A stretch of 52,428 nucleotides of DNA from an uncultured Candidatus Saccharibacteria bacterium (lineage in GTDB: Bacteria; Patescibacteriota; Minisyncoccia; UBA11713; 2-01-FULL-45-33), in the NCBI GenBank assembly GCA_964464405.1, contig CAYXFX010000004.1, forward strand, positions 1 through 52,428, in the 5' to 3' direction. The translations under genes were made by a program, and so were the position numbers. Below the pieces are notes generated by a model. It searched no databases. It was not told the origin of the DNA and was given only the letters and a program-made list of their open reading frames with translations. Of this stretch, positions 27,955 through 37,863 are shown piece after piece. Position 1 is the stretch's first letter, and each line of letters begins with the position of its first letter.

Positions 27955-27981
27955 TCTTTTCTAGTCGCCCTTTTATTTTTT
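27955..27981 (+). repeat. 27-bp direct repeat, right copy
   Basis: Identical to 26765-26791. Confidence 0.9.
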
Positions 27982-27996
27982 CTTTAAATCGCTATA

Positions 27997-28908
27997 ATGA
28001 TTTCTATTATGAAAATTATTGATGCTAGAAAATATACCTATACTTTTTCAATAATTTTAGTTGCTGTGAGTTTGCTGGCGTTTACTTTGTGGGGCCTAAA
28101 GCTCGGAATCGAATTTACGGGCGGCTCTCTTTTGGAAGTCGAATTTAAAGACAACCGTCCTGAAGGAAGCGCGGTAGAAAAAAATTTAAAATCAGCGGGG
28201 CTCGAGGTAGCGACTCCTCAGTCGACCGGAGAGCGAGGAATGATTTTGCGCTTTCCAGACTTGGACGAGTCGAAGCATCAAACGGCTCTTGCGATTTTAA
28301 GAAAATTTGGAGAAGTATCCGAAAAACAATTTACCTCGATTGGCCCTTCGATTGGGGCGGAGCTTAAACGAAATTCTATTTGGGCGATTGCTACTGTAAT
28401 AATAATGATAGTACTTTACATTTCCTGGGCTTTTCGCAAAGTTTCTAGGCCTGTTTCGTCCTGGAAATATGGAATAGCGGCCCTCGTTGCTTTGATTCAT
28501 GATGTTTCAATTCCAGTCGGCTTTTTTTCTTTTCTGGGCTATTTTTATGGAATTACAATTGACACACTCTTTGTTACAGCACTTCTTACAATACTAGGTT
28601 TTTCGGTACACGATACAATTGTGGTTTTTGATCGGATTCGCGAAAACTTAAAGAAGATCGGCTCGCGGGAAAATTTCGAAAATATCGTAGAAATGAGTTT
28701 GCGCCAAACGATTGGCCGTTCGATCAATACATCTCTTACCGTTATGTTTGTGATGCTAATTTTATTTTTCTTTGGCGGAGCTACTACGCAATATTTCTCC
28801 CTCGCAATTTTGGTGGGAGTATTTTTTGGAACCTATTCATCGATTTTTATAGCAAGCTTTATTTTGGTTACTTGGCATAAATTTGCGACCCTCGAAGCGG
28901 GGGGTTGA
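27997..28908 (+). CDS. secF: Protein translocase subunit SecF
   Basis: GIEFTGGS, IGPSIGAEL, HDVSIP, LTILGFSVHDTIVVFDRIRE, RSINTS, GTYSSIFIA. Confidence 0.96.
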   Translation: MISIMKIIDARKYTYTFSIILVAVSLLAFTLWGLKLGIEFTGGSLLEVEFKDNRPEGSAVEKNLKSAGLEVATPQSTGERGMILRFPDLDESKHQTALAILRKFGEVSEKQFTSIGPSIGAELKRNSIWAIATVIIMIVLYISWAFRKVSRPVSSWKYGIAALVALIHDVSIPVGFFSFLGYFYGITIDTLFVTALLTILGFSVHDTIVVFDRIRENLKKIGSRENFENIVEMSLRQTIGRSINTSLTVMFVMLILFFFGGATTQYFSLAILVGVFFGTYSSIFIASFILVTWHKFATLEAGG

Positions 28909-29003
28909 CTTATTTTATAGGGGTGATAGAATTAGATTTAATTGCGGTTTAGCTACGAAATATGCCAAACAGGTTGGGGTTGAATGATTCTACCCGTCAA
29001 GTA

Positions 29004-29053
29004 GAGTTATCCACAGGGCAAAAACTTGCAATATTTTAAAAGCGAGCTAAAAT
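29004..29053 (+). promoter_or_regulatory. DnaA-box-like 9-mer upstream of putative rpoB promoter
   Basis: GAG-TTATCCACA at 29004-29015, TTGCAA-N16-TAAAAT at 29026-29053. Confidence 0.5.
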
Positions 29054-29177
29054 GAACCCCATCGCTTTGGATACGTATTTTTTAGTATTCTGATAGCTTA
29101 AAAAAGACCCTTAATAAGCCTGCTTAAAAGGGTTCGTTTTGCTTATATTTTTAATATTAATAGCTAACTAATTTTAA

Positions 29178-32100
29178 ATGGCTATCGTCAAGAAATATTT
29201 CTCTCGATATAGGGAGCCGTTTGGCAGTATGCCTGATTTGGTCGAAATGCAGACAGCGTCTTACGACTGGTTTTTAAAAAACGGCCTTCGCGAAATTTTC
29301 GATGAATTTACCCCTATATCAGATTATACAACCAAAGAACTTTCTTTGGAATTTCTGGATTACTTTATCGACGAACCTCGGTTTGATGAAAATTATGCAA
29401 GAATAAATAATCTTTCTTTTGAATCGCCTCTTCGTATACGCGCACGGCTTACTAACATAAATACGAAAGAAAAAAAGGAACAGGAAGTTTTTCTGGCAGA
29501 TTTTCCTTTAATGACTCCGAGGGGAACTTTTATCATTAACGGAATTGAAAGAGTCATTGTTTCGCAACTCGCGCGCTCGATGGGGGTTTATTTTAACGCT
29601 TCTATGTCACGAGGCAGAAAGCTTTTTGGCGCAAAAATTATTCCGGTGCGCGGAGTTTGGTTGGAGTTTGAAACCGAGTCTGACGGCGCAATTTATGTAA
29701 GGATCGACAGGAAAAGGAAAATTGCGGCAACCGCGCTTTTGCGAATTTTTGGAATGGAAACCAGCGAAGCAATTTTAAAGGCTTTTGAAAAAGTAGAAAA
29801 CGCATTGCCTTTTATCCAAAGAACTCTTGAAAAAGATTCTTCAAAGAACGCAAACGACGCCTACATCGAAGTTTTTAAACGAATCCGCCAAGGAGAACTC
29901 GCAACTATAGAAAACGCCAGAGAACTGGTGGGTGCAATGTTTACGAGCGAAAGATACGATATTTCAGCGGTGGGACGCTACAAATTGACGCAACGTTTGC
30001 CTTCTCTTGCTGGAAATAAGTTAAAAGAAAGCAGGGTACTTGTTTTAGAAGATTTAATTGCGATTTTGGCGGAGGTTGTAAGGTTAAATAATAATCCTCA
30101 ATCACAGCCAGATGATATTGATAATTTAGGAAACCGAAGAGTAAGATCTGTAGGTGAAATGCTCCAGCAACGCCTAAGGATAGGGCTTACACGAATGAAA
30201 CGCACAATTCAAGACAGAATGTCGACTTTGGATATTGCTACTGTAACTCCGGCCCAACTCGTTAACGCAAGGCCATTTGCCGCGGTTCTTAAAGAATTTT
30301 TTATGACAAACCAGCTTTCACAATTCATGGATCAGACAAATTTACTTGCGGAGCTTGAGCATAAAAGAAGGGTTTCTGCTTTAGGCCCCGGCGGGCTTAC
30401 TCGTGAAAGAGCTGGGTTTGACGTTCGGGACGTTCATCCTTCTTATTATGGAAGGCTTTGTCCGATCATGACGCCGGAAGGCCCAAACATTGGTCTTATA
30501 AATTATTTGGCAGGATATGCGAAAATTAACGATTTCGGCGTTTTAGAAACTCCTTACAGAAAAGTAAAAAATGGGCGGGTAACCGACGAAGTTAAATACA
30601 TGACTTCGCTTGAAGAAGTGCGGCATAAAATCGCACACGCAGGAACGGTTTTGGATGCGGGCGGGCATATTATTGAGAACTTCGTAGAAGGGCGAACCGA
30701 AGGCCAGCCGGCTTTATTTCCCAAGGCGGAAATAGATTTTATAGATATTTCAGCCCAGCAAGCGATGAGTATTTCTACGTCGCTTATTCCATTTTTAGAA
30801 CACGACGACGCAACCCGTGCGATGATGGGTTCAAACATGCAGCGCCAAGCTGTGCCTTGCATTAAGCCGGAGGCTCCCTTGGTATCAACAGGTGTTGAAG
30901 AAAAAGCTGCGCGTGATTCAGGAAGATTGATATTGGCAGGAATGGACGGTGTTGTAAGCGAAGCTGACGCAAGGCATATAGTCATAAAAAAAGAAAAAAA
31001 AGAAGAGCGGCACGATCTTTTAAGTTTTGCGAGGTCCAACAAATCGAGCATTATTCATCAGCGCCCGATTGTTAAAGCCGGAGATAAAGTAAAAAAGGGA
31101 GACGTATTAGTAGACGGCTCCGTTACTGAAGAAGGGCATCTCGCTTTAGGACAAAATTTGCTTGTCGCGTTTTTATCTTGGAGCGGAGCAAATTATGAGG
31201 ACGCGATTATACTTTCAGAAAACGTAGTTAAGAAAAATATTTTTAGCTCGATCCATGTCGAAGAATTTACTGTCGCTGTGCGCGACACAAAACTTGGCCC
31301 TGAAATTACCACTTACGACATTCCAAATGTCGGCGAGGAAAAACTTAAAGATTTAGACGAAGACGGAATTGTCCGCATCGGGGCCGAGGTAAGGGCAGGC
31401 GATATTTTAGTCGGAAAAATTTCTCCGAAAGGGGAATCGGATCTAACTCCGGAAGAAAGGCTTCTGCGCTCGATTTTCGGCGAAAAGGCCAGGGACGTTA
31501 AAGACACTTCTTTAAGAATGGATATCGGCAAAAAAGGAAGAGTAATCGGAGTTAAAATTTTTTCAAGGGAAAAGGGAGATAAATTAGAAACTGGAATTAT
31601 AAAACAAATCCGCGTTGAAATTGCGGAAATGAGAAAGGTATCAGTTGGAGACAAACTTGCGGGAAGGCACGGAAACAAAGGCGTAATTTCTCGGATTTTG
31701 CCTGTAGAAGATATGCCCTATTTGGAAGACGGGACCCCTGTGGATATAATTTTAAATCCTTTGGGTGTTGCGTCGCGTATGAATATTGGGCAAATTTTGG
31801 AAACCCACTTGGGATGGGCCGCTAAAATTTTGGGATATCATGCAGTGACGCCCACGCTTTTGGGAGCTACCGAAATAGAGATAAAAGAAGAGTTAAAAAA
31901 GGCAGGTTTACCGGCAGACGGAAAAGTTGATCTTTTTGATGGAAGGAGCGGAAATGCTTTTGACCAAAAGGTAACAGTCGGCCAAATTTACATGCTAAAG
32001 CTTGAACACATGGTTGAAGACAAGATTCATATGCGCTCGATCGGTCCTTACTCATTAATTACCCAGCAGCCTCTGGGAGGAAAAGCACAGGGAGGAGGAC

Positions 32101-32456
32101 AGCGTTTTGGAGAAATGGAAGTCTGGGCTTTGGAGGGATACGGCGCGGCGCATACTTTGCAGGAAATGCTTACAATAAAATCCGATGACGTAATGGGGCG
32201 CTCCGCTGCGTACGACGCTATTGTAAGAGGCGAGCCGTTTCGTGCGCCGAATATTCCAGCATCTTTTCATGTTTTGATTAACGAGTTAAAAGGTTTATCT
32301 TTGGATGTCGATTTAAAAGGTGTGGTGAGCTTTGTTGAGGAGGAAGAAGAAGCGGCTACGTCTAGAAAAAAAGAAGCAGCAAAAGACAGTTTTGAAGATT
32401 TTATTATCGAAGACGAAGAAGTAGAGAAAAAATCAAAATCATTAAGTAAAAAATAA
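29178..32456 (+). CDS. rpoB: DNA-directed RNA polymerase subunit beta
   Basis: QLSQFMDQ, GPGGLTRERAG, GDKLAGRHGNKG, GGQRFGEME. Confidence 0.99.
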   Translation: MAIVKKYFSRYREPFGSMPDLVEMQTASYDWFLKNGLREIFDEFTPISDYTTKELSLEFLDYFIDEPRFDENYARINNLSFESPLRIRARLTNINTKEKKEQEVFLADFPLMTPRGTFIINGIERVIVSQLARSMGVYFNASMSRGRKLFGAKIIPVRGVWLEFETESDGAIYVRIDRKRKIAATALLRIFGMETSEAILKAFEKVENALPFIQRTLEKDSSKNANDAYIEVFKRIRQGELATIENARELVGAMFTSERYDISAVGRYKLTQRLPSLAGNKLKESRVLVLEDLIAILAEVVRLNNNPQSQPDDIDNLGNRRVRSVGEMLQQRLRIGLTRMKRTIQDRMSTLDIATVTPAQLVNARPFAAVLKEFFMTNQLSQFMDQTNLLAELEHKRRVSALGPGGLTRERAGFDVRDVHPSYYGRLCPIMTPEGPNIGLINYLAGYAKINDFGVLETPYRKVKNGRVTDEVKYMTSLEEVRHKIAHAGTVLDAGGHIIENFVEGRTEGQPALFPKAEIDFIDISAQQAMSISTSLIPFLEHDDATRAMMGSNMQRQAVPCIKPEAPLVSTGVEEKAARDSGRLILAGMDGVVSEADARHIVIKKEKKEERHDLLSFARSNKSSIIHQRPIVKAGDKVKKGDVLVDGSVTEEGHLALGQNLLVAFLSWSGANYEDAIILSENVVKKNIFSSIHVEEFTVAVRDTKLGPEITTYDIPNVGEEKLKDLDEDGIVRIGAEVRAGDILVGKISPKGESDLTPEERLLRSIFGEKARDVKDTSLRMDIGKKGRVIGVKIFSREKGDKLETGIIKQIRVEIAEMRKVSVGDKLAGRHGNKGVISRILPVEDMPYLEDGTPVDIILNPLGVASRMNIGQILETHLGWAAKILGYHAVTPTLLGATEIEIKEELKKAGLPADGKVDLFDGRSGNAFDQKVTVGQIYMLKLEHMVEDKIHMRSIGPYSLITQQPLGGKAQGGGQRFGEMEVWALEGYGAAHTLQEMLTIKSDDVMGRSAAYDAIVRGEPFRAPNIPASFHVLINELKGLSLDVDLKGVVSFVEEEEEAATSRKKEAAKDSFEDFIIEDEEVEKKSKSLSKK

Positions 32457-32462
32457 AAATTT

Positions 32463-35400
32463 ATGGAAACTACAAAAAACACAGAACAAAAAATTACGGA
32501 TTTTAAATCGCTTTCGATAAAACTTGCTTCTCCCGAACGGATTTTGGCGTGGTCTAGAGGTGAAATTACAAAGCCTGAAACTATCAATTACAGAACCCAG
32601 CGGCCGGAAAAAGACGGTTTATTTGATGAGCGTATTTTCGGACCAGAAAAAGATTTTGAGTGTTACTGCGGCAAATATAAACGTGTAAGATATAAGGGCA
32701 TAATTTGTGACAAATGCGGAGTCGAAGTAACGCGTTCAATTGTGCGAAGAGAAAGAATGGGGCACATTGCGCTTGCGGCTCCGGTATCTCATATTTGGTT
32801 TTTGCGGGGAGTTCCTTCCAGAATAGGAATTTTACTTGATATTCCTGTTTCTGACTTGGAAAAAGTAATTTATTTCGGCGGATATATAATTACCAAAATT
32901 GACGAAAAGGCAAAAGCCGATGCCTTAAAAGCGCTTGATCAAGAATTTAAAACAAAATCAAAATCAATTAACGCTTCCGAAAAAGAAGCTTTAAAAACCG
33001 CGTTTGACAAAGCAAAAACCGAAATAAATAATTTGTGCCCCCATTCTATTTTATCAGAAGTCGAATATCACAGGTTAAGTTTAAAATATGCAAATGTTTT
33101 TGAGGCAGGGATAGGGGCAGAGGCGCTTCGTAATATTTGCGCTACTCTCAATTTGCATGATTTAAAAAAACTTGCAGAAAGCGAGCTTGAAGAAGCGGCG
33201 CCGCTCCAGAAGAAAAAAATATCGCGCAGGATTCGATTTATAAGTTCTATGATAAAATCTGGCGTCAGGCCTGAGTGGATGTTTTTAAATATGATTCCCG
33301 TAATTCCTCCAGCATTGCGTCCGATGGTTGCTTTAGAGGGCGGACGGCACGCCACATCCGATGTAAACGATCTTTACCGCCGGGTTATAAATCGCAATAA
33401 CCGCTTAAAAAAATTACTTGAACTTAAAGCTCCGGAAGTGATCGTAAGAAATGAAAAACGCATGCTTCAGGAAGCCGTTGACTCTTTGATTGATAACTCA
33501 ATCAAGCGCTCGCAAGGGCCTGCTGCAACTTCGCAGGCGCAAAAACGGCCGCTTCGGTCCATGGCAGATATGCTGAAAGGAAAACAGGGGCGTTTCAGGC
33601 AGAATCTTTTGGGCAAAAGAGTGGATTATTCAGGGCGTTCTGTTATCGTGGTCGGCCCTGACTTACATTTAAACCAGTGCGGACTTCCTAAGCATATGGC
33701 TTTGGAACTTTTCAGGCCTTTTGTGATACATACATTAATTGAAAAAAATTTAGCTCACACAATCCGCGGTGCTGGCAGACTGATAGATGAACTGATCCCC
33801 GAGGTTTGGGAGTCTTTAGAAGAAGTTATTAAAAATAAATATGTTCTCTTAAACCGTGCGCCCACTCTTCACCGTTTGGGAATTCAGGCATTTCAGCCCA
33901 AGCTTATCGAAGGGAATGCTATTCAACTTCACCCGCTTGTTTGCGAGGCTTTTAATGCCGACTTTGATGGAGACCAGATGGCGGTTCATTTGCCTTTAAC
34001 GGACGAAGCGCAGCAGGAAGCGAGAGATCTAATGGCGTCAAATAAAAATTTATTAAAACCAGGGAACGGCGGCCCTGTCGTGACACCGCGCCAAGACGTT
34101 GTGATGGGCATTGCATATTTAACTCGAATAAAAGAAGGAGCCAAGGGTGAAGGCAAATATTTTTCAAGCCCAAACGAAGCCATTCTTGCTTATGATTTTG
34201 ATTTGGTAAGTTTACAAGCAAAAGTTTTTGTTAAAATAACAAAAACTCCAAAATACCAATCAGTTAAAGGCGAACTTTTGGAAACTACAATTGGCCGACT
34301 TATTTTTAACAGCGTAATACCTCGCGAGTATTCTTTTTTAAACCAGGAAATGAAAAAAAATGATTTGGACCGTTTGGTATCCGACCTAATTCAACGCTTC
34401 GGCATTGATGAAACTCCGCCAATTCTTGATAAAATCAAAAGTATCGGATATCGCTACGCCACCAAATCCGGAATTAGCTGGGGAATGGACGATGTGCAAG
34501 TTCCCAAAGAAAAAAATATATTAATTGACGCTGCCAAGAAAGAGGCGGCTGTTGTTGAAAACCAATACGGCGAAGGTCTTTTAACAGAAAATGAGCGATA
34601 CGAAAAAATTATTGAAATTTGGAGTGCGGTTAAAACTAAAATTGACAAATTAGCTCCTCAAACTCTAGATCCATACGGACCAATTCATTACATGGTAAAT
34701 TCTGGCGCAAGAGGTAGCTGGGCACAGATTAACCAGATCGCAAGCATGAAAGGGCTTGTCGTAAACCCGTCCGGTCGCGTTATTGAGCTTCCTATTTTAT
34801 CTTCTTATAAAGAAGGGTTAAACGTGCTTGAATACTTTATTTCTACGCATGCTGCCAGAAAAGGAACGGCGGACACTGCGCTAAAAACTGCAGTTGCTGG
34901 ATATTTGACACGGCGTTTAGTTGATGTTGTTCAAGACGTAATTATCAGCGAGCCGGATTGCAAAGATGAAGTTGGATTTGAAGTTTATAAAAAGGACTAC
35001 GAAATGATCGGTAAAAATTTCGCAATGAGAATTTTTGGGCGTGTTTTGGCTTCTGATGCCGTAGACTCGGCATCAGGGAAAGTTTTAATTAAAAAAGGAC
35101 ATCTTTTGTCTTTGTCTGATGCCAATTTGATAGCTCAAGCAGATATTCCGACGGTTTCTTTACGCTCACCGATTGCGTGCCGTTCAATCCGGGGAATTTG
35201 CCAGCTTTGCTACGGGTACGATCTTGGCTCAAATACACCGATCAAATTAGGAGAGGCGATTGGGATTGTTGCGGCACAAGCAATCGGAGAGCCGGGAACC
35301 CAGCTTACCATGCGGACTTTCCATGTCGGAGGTATTGCAGGAGCCGCAGATATTACAAGGGGATTGCCGCGAGTCGAAGAAATTTTTGAAATACGAACAC

Positions 35401-36107
35401 CGAAGGAAACTGCTTTTGTGTCAAATGTTTCCGGAGAAGTTGTTGATATTTCAGATGTAGAAGCACCGGGCGGCGGGAGGGACAAATTGATCAGAGTTCA
35501 AAATGAAGACACGAAACAAGTCTCTGATTTTGTGGTTCCATTCAACAAAACAATTTTAGTGAGCCCGGGAGAAAAAATTGCAGCAGGCTCCAGACTCACA
35601 GAAGGATCAGTCGATATGAAAGTTCTGCTTTCTTATGCGGGAGCGCGCGCGGTTCAAAATTATATAATTTTTGAAGTCCAACAGCTCTACACATTCCAAG
35701 GGACAAATATTAACGACAAACATATTGAAGTTATCGTGCGCCAGATGTTTTCACGTGTCCGCATAAAAGATACCGGAAGCACTGGGATGGGCGTTGGCGA
35801 AGTTGTAGAAAAAAGCAGATTCAGAGAAGAAAACTTAGCACAAAGGAAAGTCGGAGGAATGCCCGCGAAAGCCGTTCAGTTAGTGATGGGAATTACGAAT
35901 GTCGCGCTGACTACCGAAAGCTTTCTTTCCGCGGCGTCGTTTATGCAGACGATGCGCGTTTTGACAAATGCCGCAATTGAAGGGAAAGAGGACAGATTAA
36001 GGGGGCTTAAAGAAAACGTAATCATCGGAAGATTAATTCCCGCAGGAACTGGATACAGAAAAGAATATATAAAAAAATTAACTTCTCGCACGGAAGAAGA
36101 AGAATAA
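32463..36107 (+). CDS. rpoC: DNA-directed RNA polymerase subunit beta'
   Basis: CYCGKYK..CDKC zinc finger, NADFDGDQM catalytic motif, SIGEPGTQLTMRTFH-like trigger loop. Confidence 0.99.
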   Translation: METTKNTEQKITDFKSLSIKLASPERILAWSRGEITKPETINYRTQRPEKDGLFDERIFGPEKDFECYCGKYKRVRYKGIICDKCGVEVTRSIVRRERMGHIALAAPVSHIWFLRGVPSRIGILLDIPVSDLEKVIYFGGYIITKIDEKAKADALKALDQEFKTKSKSINASEKEALKTAFDKAKTEINNLCPHSILSEVEYHRLSLKYANVFEAGIGAEALRNICATLNLHDLKKLAESELEEAAPLQKKKISRRIRFISSMIKSGVRPEWMFLNMIPVIPPALRPMVALEGGRHATSDVNDLYRRVINRNNRLKKLLELKAPEVIVRNEKRMLQEAVDSLIDNSIKRSQGPAATSQAQKRPLRSMADMLKGKQGRFRQNLLGKRVDYSGRSVIVVGPDLHLNQCGLPKHMALELFRPFVIHTLIEKNLAHTIRGAGRLIDELIPEVWESLEEVIKNKYVLLNRAPTLHRLGIQAFQPKLIEGNAIQLHPLVCEAFNADFDGDQMAVHLPLTDEAQQEARDLMASNKNLLKPGNGGPVVTPRQDVVMGIAYLTRIKEGAKGEGKYFSSPNEAILAYDFDLVSLQAKVFVKITKTPKYQSVKGELLETTIGRLIFNSVIPREYSFLNQEMKKNDLDRLVSDLIQRFGIDETPPILDKIKSIGYRYATKSGISWGMDDVQVPKEKNILIDAAKKEAAVVENQYGEGLLTENERYEKIIEIWSAVKTKIDKLAPQTLDPYGPIHYMVNSGARGSWAQINQIASMKGLVVNPSGRVIELPILSSYKEGLNVLEYFISTHAARKGTADTALKTAVAGYLTRRLVDVVQDVIISEPDCKDEVGFEVYKKDYEMIGKNFAMRIFGRVLASDAVDSASGKVLIKKGHLLSLSDANLIAQADIPTVSLRSPIACRSIRGICQLCYGYDLGSNTPIKLGEAIGIVAAQAIGEPGTQLTMRTFHVGGIAGAADITRGLPRVEEIFEIRTPKETAFVSNVSGEVVDISDVEAPGGGRDKLIRVQNEDTKQVSDFVVPFNKTILVSPGEKIAAGSRLTEGSVDMKVLLSYAGARAVQNYIIFEVQQLYTFQGTNINDKHIEVIVRQMFSRVRIKDTGSTGMGVGEVVEKSRFREENLAQRKVGGMPAKAVQLVMGITNVALTTESFLSAASFMQTMRVLTNAAIEGKEDRLRGLKENVIIGRLIPAGTGYRKEYIKKLTSRTEEEE

Positions 36108-36126
36108 AATTATAAAACTGATTTAA

Positions 36127-36160
36127 AAAAATGGCAAACTTACCTAAGTTTGCCATTTTT
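36127..36160 (+). terminator. Intrinsic terminator after rpoC
   Basis: AAAAATGGCAAACTTA-CC-TAAGTTTGCCATTTTT perfect inverted repeat. Confidence 0.8.
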
Positions 36161-36214
36161 GAGTTGCCTTGCTACTTTGAAAGTAGAATTAAAGTTGCTT
36201 GACAAGGAGCGAAA

Positions 36215-36676
36215 ATGAAATTTGGAAAAATTTTGGCTATTTTAACTTGGGTGTTGGCGTTTAACGGAATTTCTTTCGCTGGAGGATTGGATCCATTTAA
36301 GATCTATTTAACGGAAGAAAAGTACCCGGAATTTGCAGAGTTGATTAAGGGTGTTGGTCTTACTGAACCCATTGCTTCCAAGGGATTATCAAGTAAACAA
36401 AATAAAGAATATGATTTTGCGGTGCAGGGCCGCGAAGCATGCTTTAATTTAACGGAAGATAAAATGGGTTGCAATGAACCTCTCACCATAATGCATGTCT
36501 TTTTTTCAACTAACGCCAAAAAAAATGCAAAGGGTGAAATTGTACAAGAAGAGGGACAAATTGCGTATGAGTCAAAGGTCATCGGTTTGATTTTTATGGA
36601 GCCTAAAATTGCATGGTTTGCCTCTGAAGACGCCATGAAAGCATATCGGAAATTAGTGATAGGAGAGCCGATTTAG
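36215..36676 (+). CDS. Secreted hypothetical protein
   Basis: Signal peptide, AAGGAG SD, 153 aa. Confidence 0.65.
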   Translation: MKFGKILAILTWVLAFNGISFAGGLDPFKIYLTEEKYPEFAELIKGVGLTEPIASKGLSSKQNKEYDFAVQGREACFNLTEDKMGCNEPLTIMHVFFSTNAKKNAKGEIVQEEGQIAYESKVIGLIFMEPKIAWFASEDAMKAYRKLVIGEPI

Positions 36677-36689
36677 GGGAGGCAGAAAA

Positions 36690-37208
36690 ATGATGGATTT
36701 ACCGCAATGGTTTTACTTGTCGCTTGGCGGAACAGTTCTTTCAATATTTCTTATTTACCTTTCCGGAATTTTCACACGGAAAGCAATTGGCACTTTTTTA
36801 ATGTTTGGATTTACAATACTTGGCAGTTTTGTTTTGTGGCACGGTTTAAATTCTGCCGAGTTGCAGTCTAGATATAACCTTGGCCGTCCTGATCCAAATT
36901 TCACTAAAGGAAGTTATCACATCGTGTGGGGGACTTATGATACTGTAAACAAAAAAGTATATTTATTTTCGAGTGGAAAAGATGAAGATCCGGAACAAGG
37001 TCCGCATTTGTTTGTGGTGGATCCATCTGACAAATTTTTGCAAAAACTTCTTAGAGAATTGCAAAAGAGGCGGCCGTTTATGATGGTTGTCCCCGGCGCA
37101 ATGCGTGGCCGTGATGCAAGGCGAGGGAGCGGAAACATGCAAGATTCCATAGAATTTCATCCAGAGCCCCCGCCCACATCAGCTCCTAAGGCATCGCAAT
37201 CAGGATGA
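36690..37208 (+). CDS. Membrane hypothetical protein (2 TM + soluble domain, Pro-rich tail)
   Basis: GGAGG SD; two N-terminal TMs; ends FHPEPPPTSAPK. Confidence 0.65.
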   Translation: MMDLPQWFYLSLGGTVLSIFLIYLSGIFTRKAIGTFLMFGFTILGSFVLWHGLNSAELQSRYNLGRPDPNFTKGSYHIVWGTYDTVNKKVYLFSSGKDEDPEQGPHLFVVDPSDKFLQKLLRELQKRRPFMMVVPGAMRGRDARRGSGNMQDSIEFHPEPPPTSAPKASQSG

Positions 37209-37218
37209 TTTTTTTAGA

Positions 37219-37255
37219 AATAAAAAATACCGACGGTAACGCCGGTTTTTTTATT
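37219..37255. terminator. Bidirectional terminator between convergent genes
   Basis: A-tract, ACCGAC/GCCGGT stem, T-tract. Confidence 0.55.
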
Positions 37256-37863
37256 TATCCTATAAATCTTGGCTTGTTTCTTACCGCTTCAAATTGGTTT
37301 GAGACGGATTGCTTAATTAAATTACGCGTCTCGTCAATTTGAAACTGCACAATTGTAATTTCATCTCCAACATTTTTTATTATTACTTCACCTTTAAATA
37401 TTACTTCCTTATCTGCGTCCGGAGTTTTCTTTAAAACCACTTCTGCTTTCACGGGAACATTCAGCGAGCCTCCGTGGTTTGAAAAAAAATGGAGATTTAC
37501 TACGTATTTCCCCGGAGGTACACCTTGTGTAACTGCCAGTTCGTAGTTTTCGGGTGAAAACACATCTGCGCCGAGGTCGTCTCTTAAATAAGACCACGTG
37601 GAACTTGTTCTATTGGAATATCCAACTGCGGTACCATCAGGCCCTTTTATCCAAAGATCAATATCTTGAGGTGCGTCATCAGGCCATCTTACTGAGACAA
37701 AAATGTTTCCTCCAATTTGTATAGTTTGGCTTTCTTGTTTTTTCTTTTCTTTTGGCAACAAAGTAAATAGAAATATTATAAATATCAAAAAAACAACTAA
37801 GTTAAATACGACGTCGCCCAAAGGAGTGGAGAAATCGTAGGAGTGTGTATTAGGAATTTTCAT
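37255..37863 (-). CDS. ExbD/MotB-like single-TM protein with YfaP/DUF2135-like soluble domain
   Basis: TM with acidic residue (GDVVFNLVVFL); DIDLWIKGPDG, RDDLG, PENYE, PGKYVVNLHFF; ATG 37863 has GGAG SD and overlaps the upstream gene. Confidence 0.62.
   Translation of the reverse strand: MKIPNTHSYDFSTPLGDVVFNLVVFLIFIIFLFTLLPKEKKKQESQTIQIGGNIFVSVRWPDDAPQDIDLWIKGPDGTAVGYSNRTSSTWSYLRDDLGADVFSPENYELAVTQGVPPGKYVVNLHFFSNHGGSLNVPVKAEVVLKKTPDADKEVIFKGEVIIKNVGDEITIVQFQIDETRNLIKQSVSNQFEAVRNKPRFIG

Noticed and set aside
29178-36107. Inteins or introns in rpoB/rpoC
   Set aside because: Both frames are continuous, compact, and show no intein or homing-endonuclease motifs
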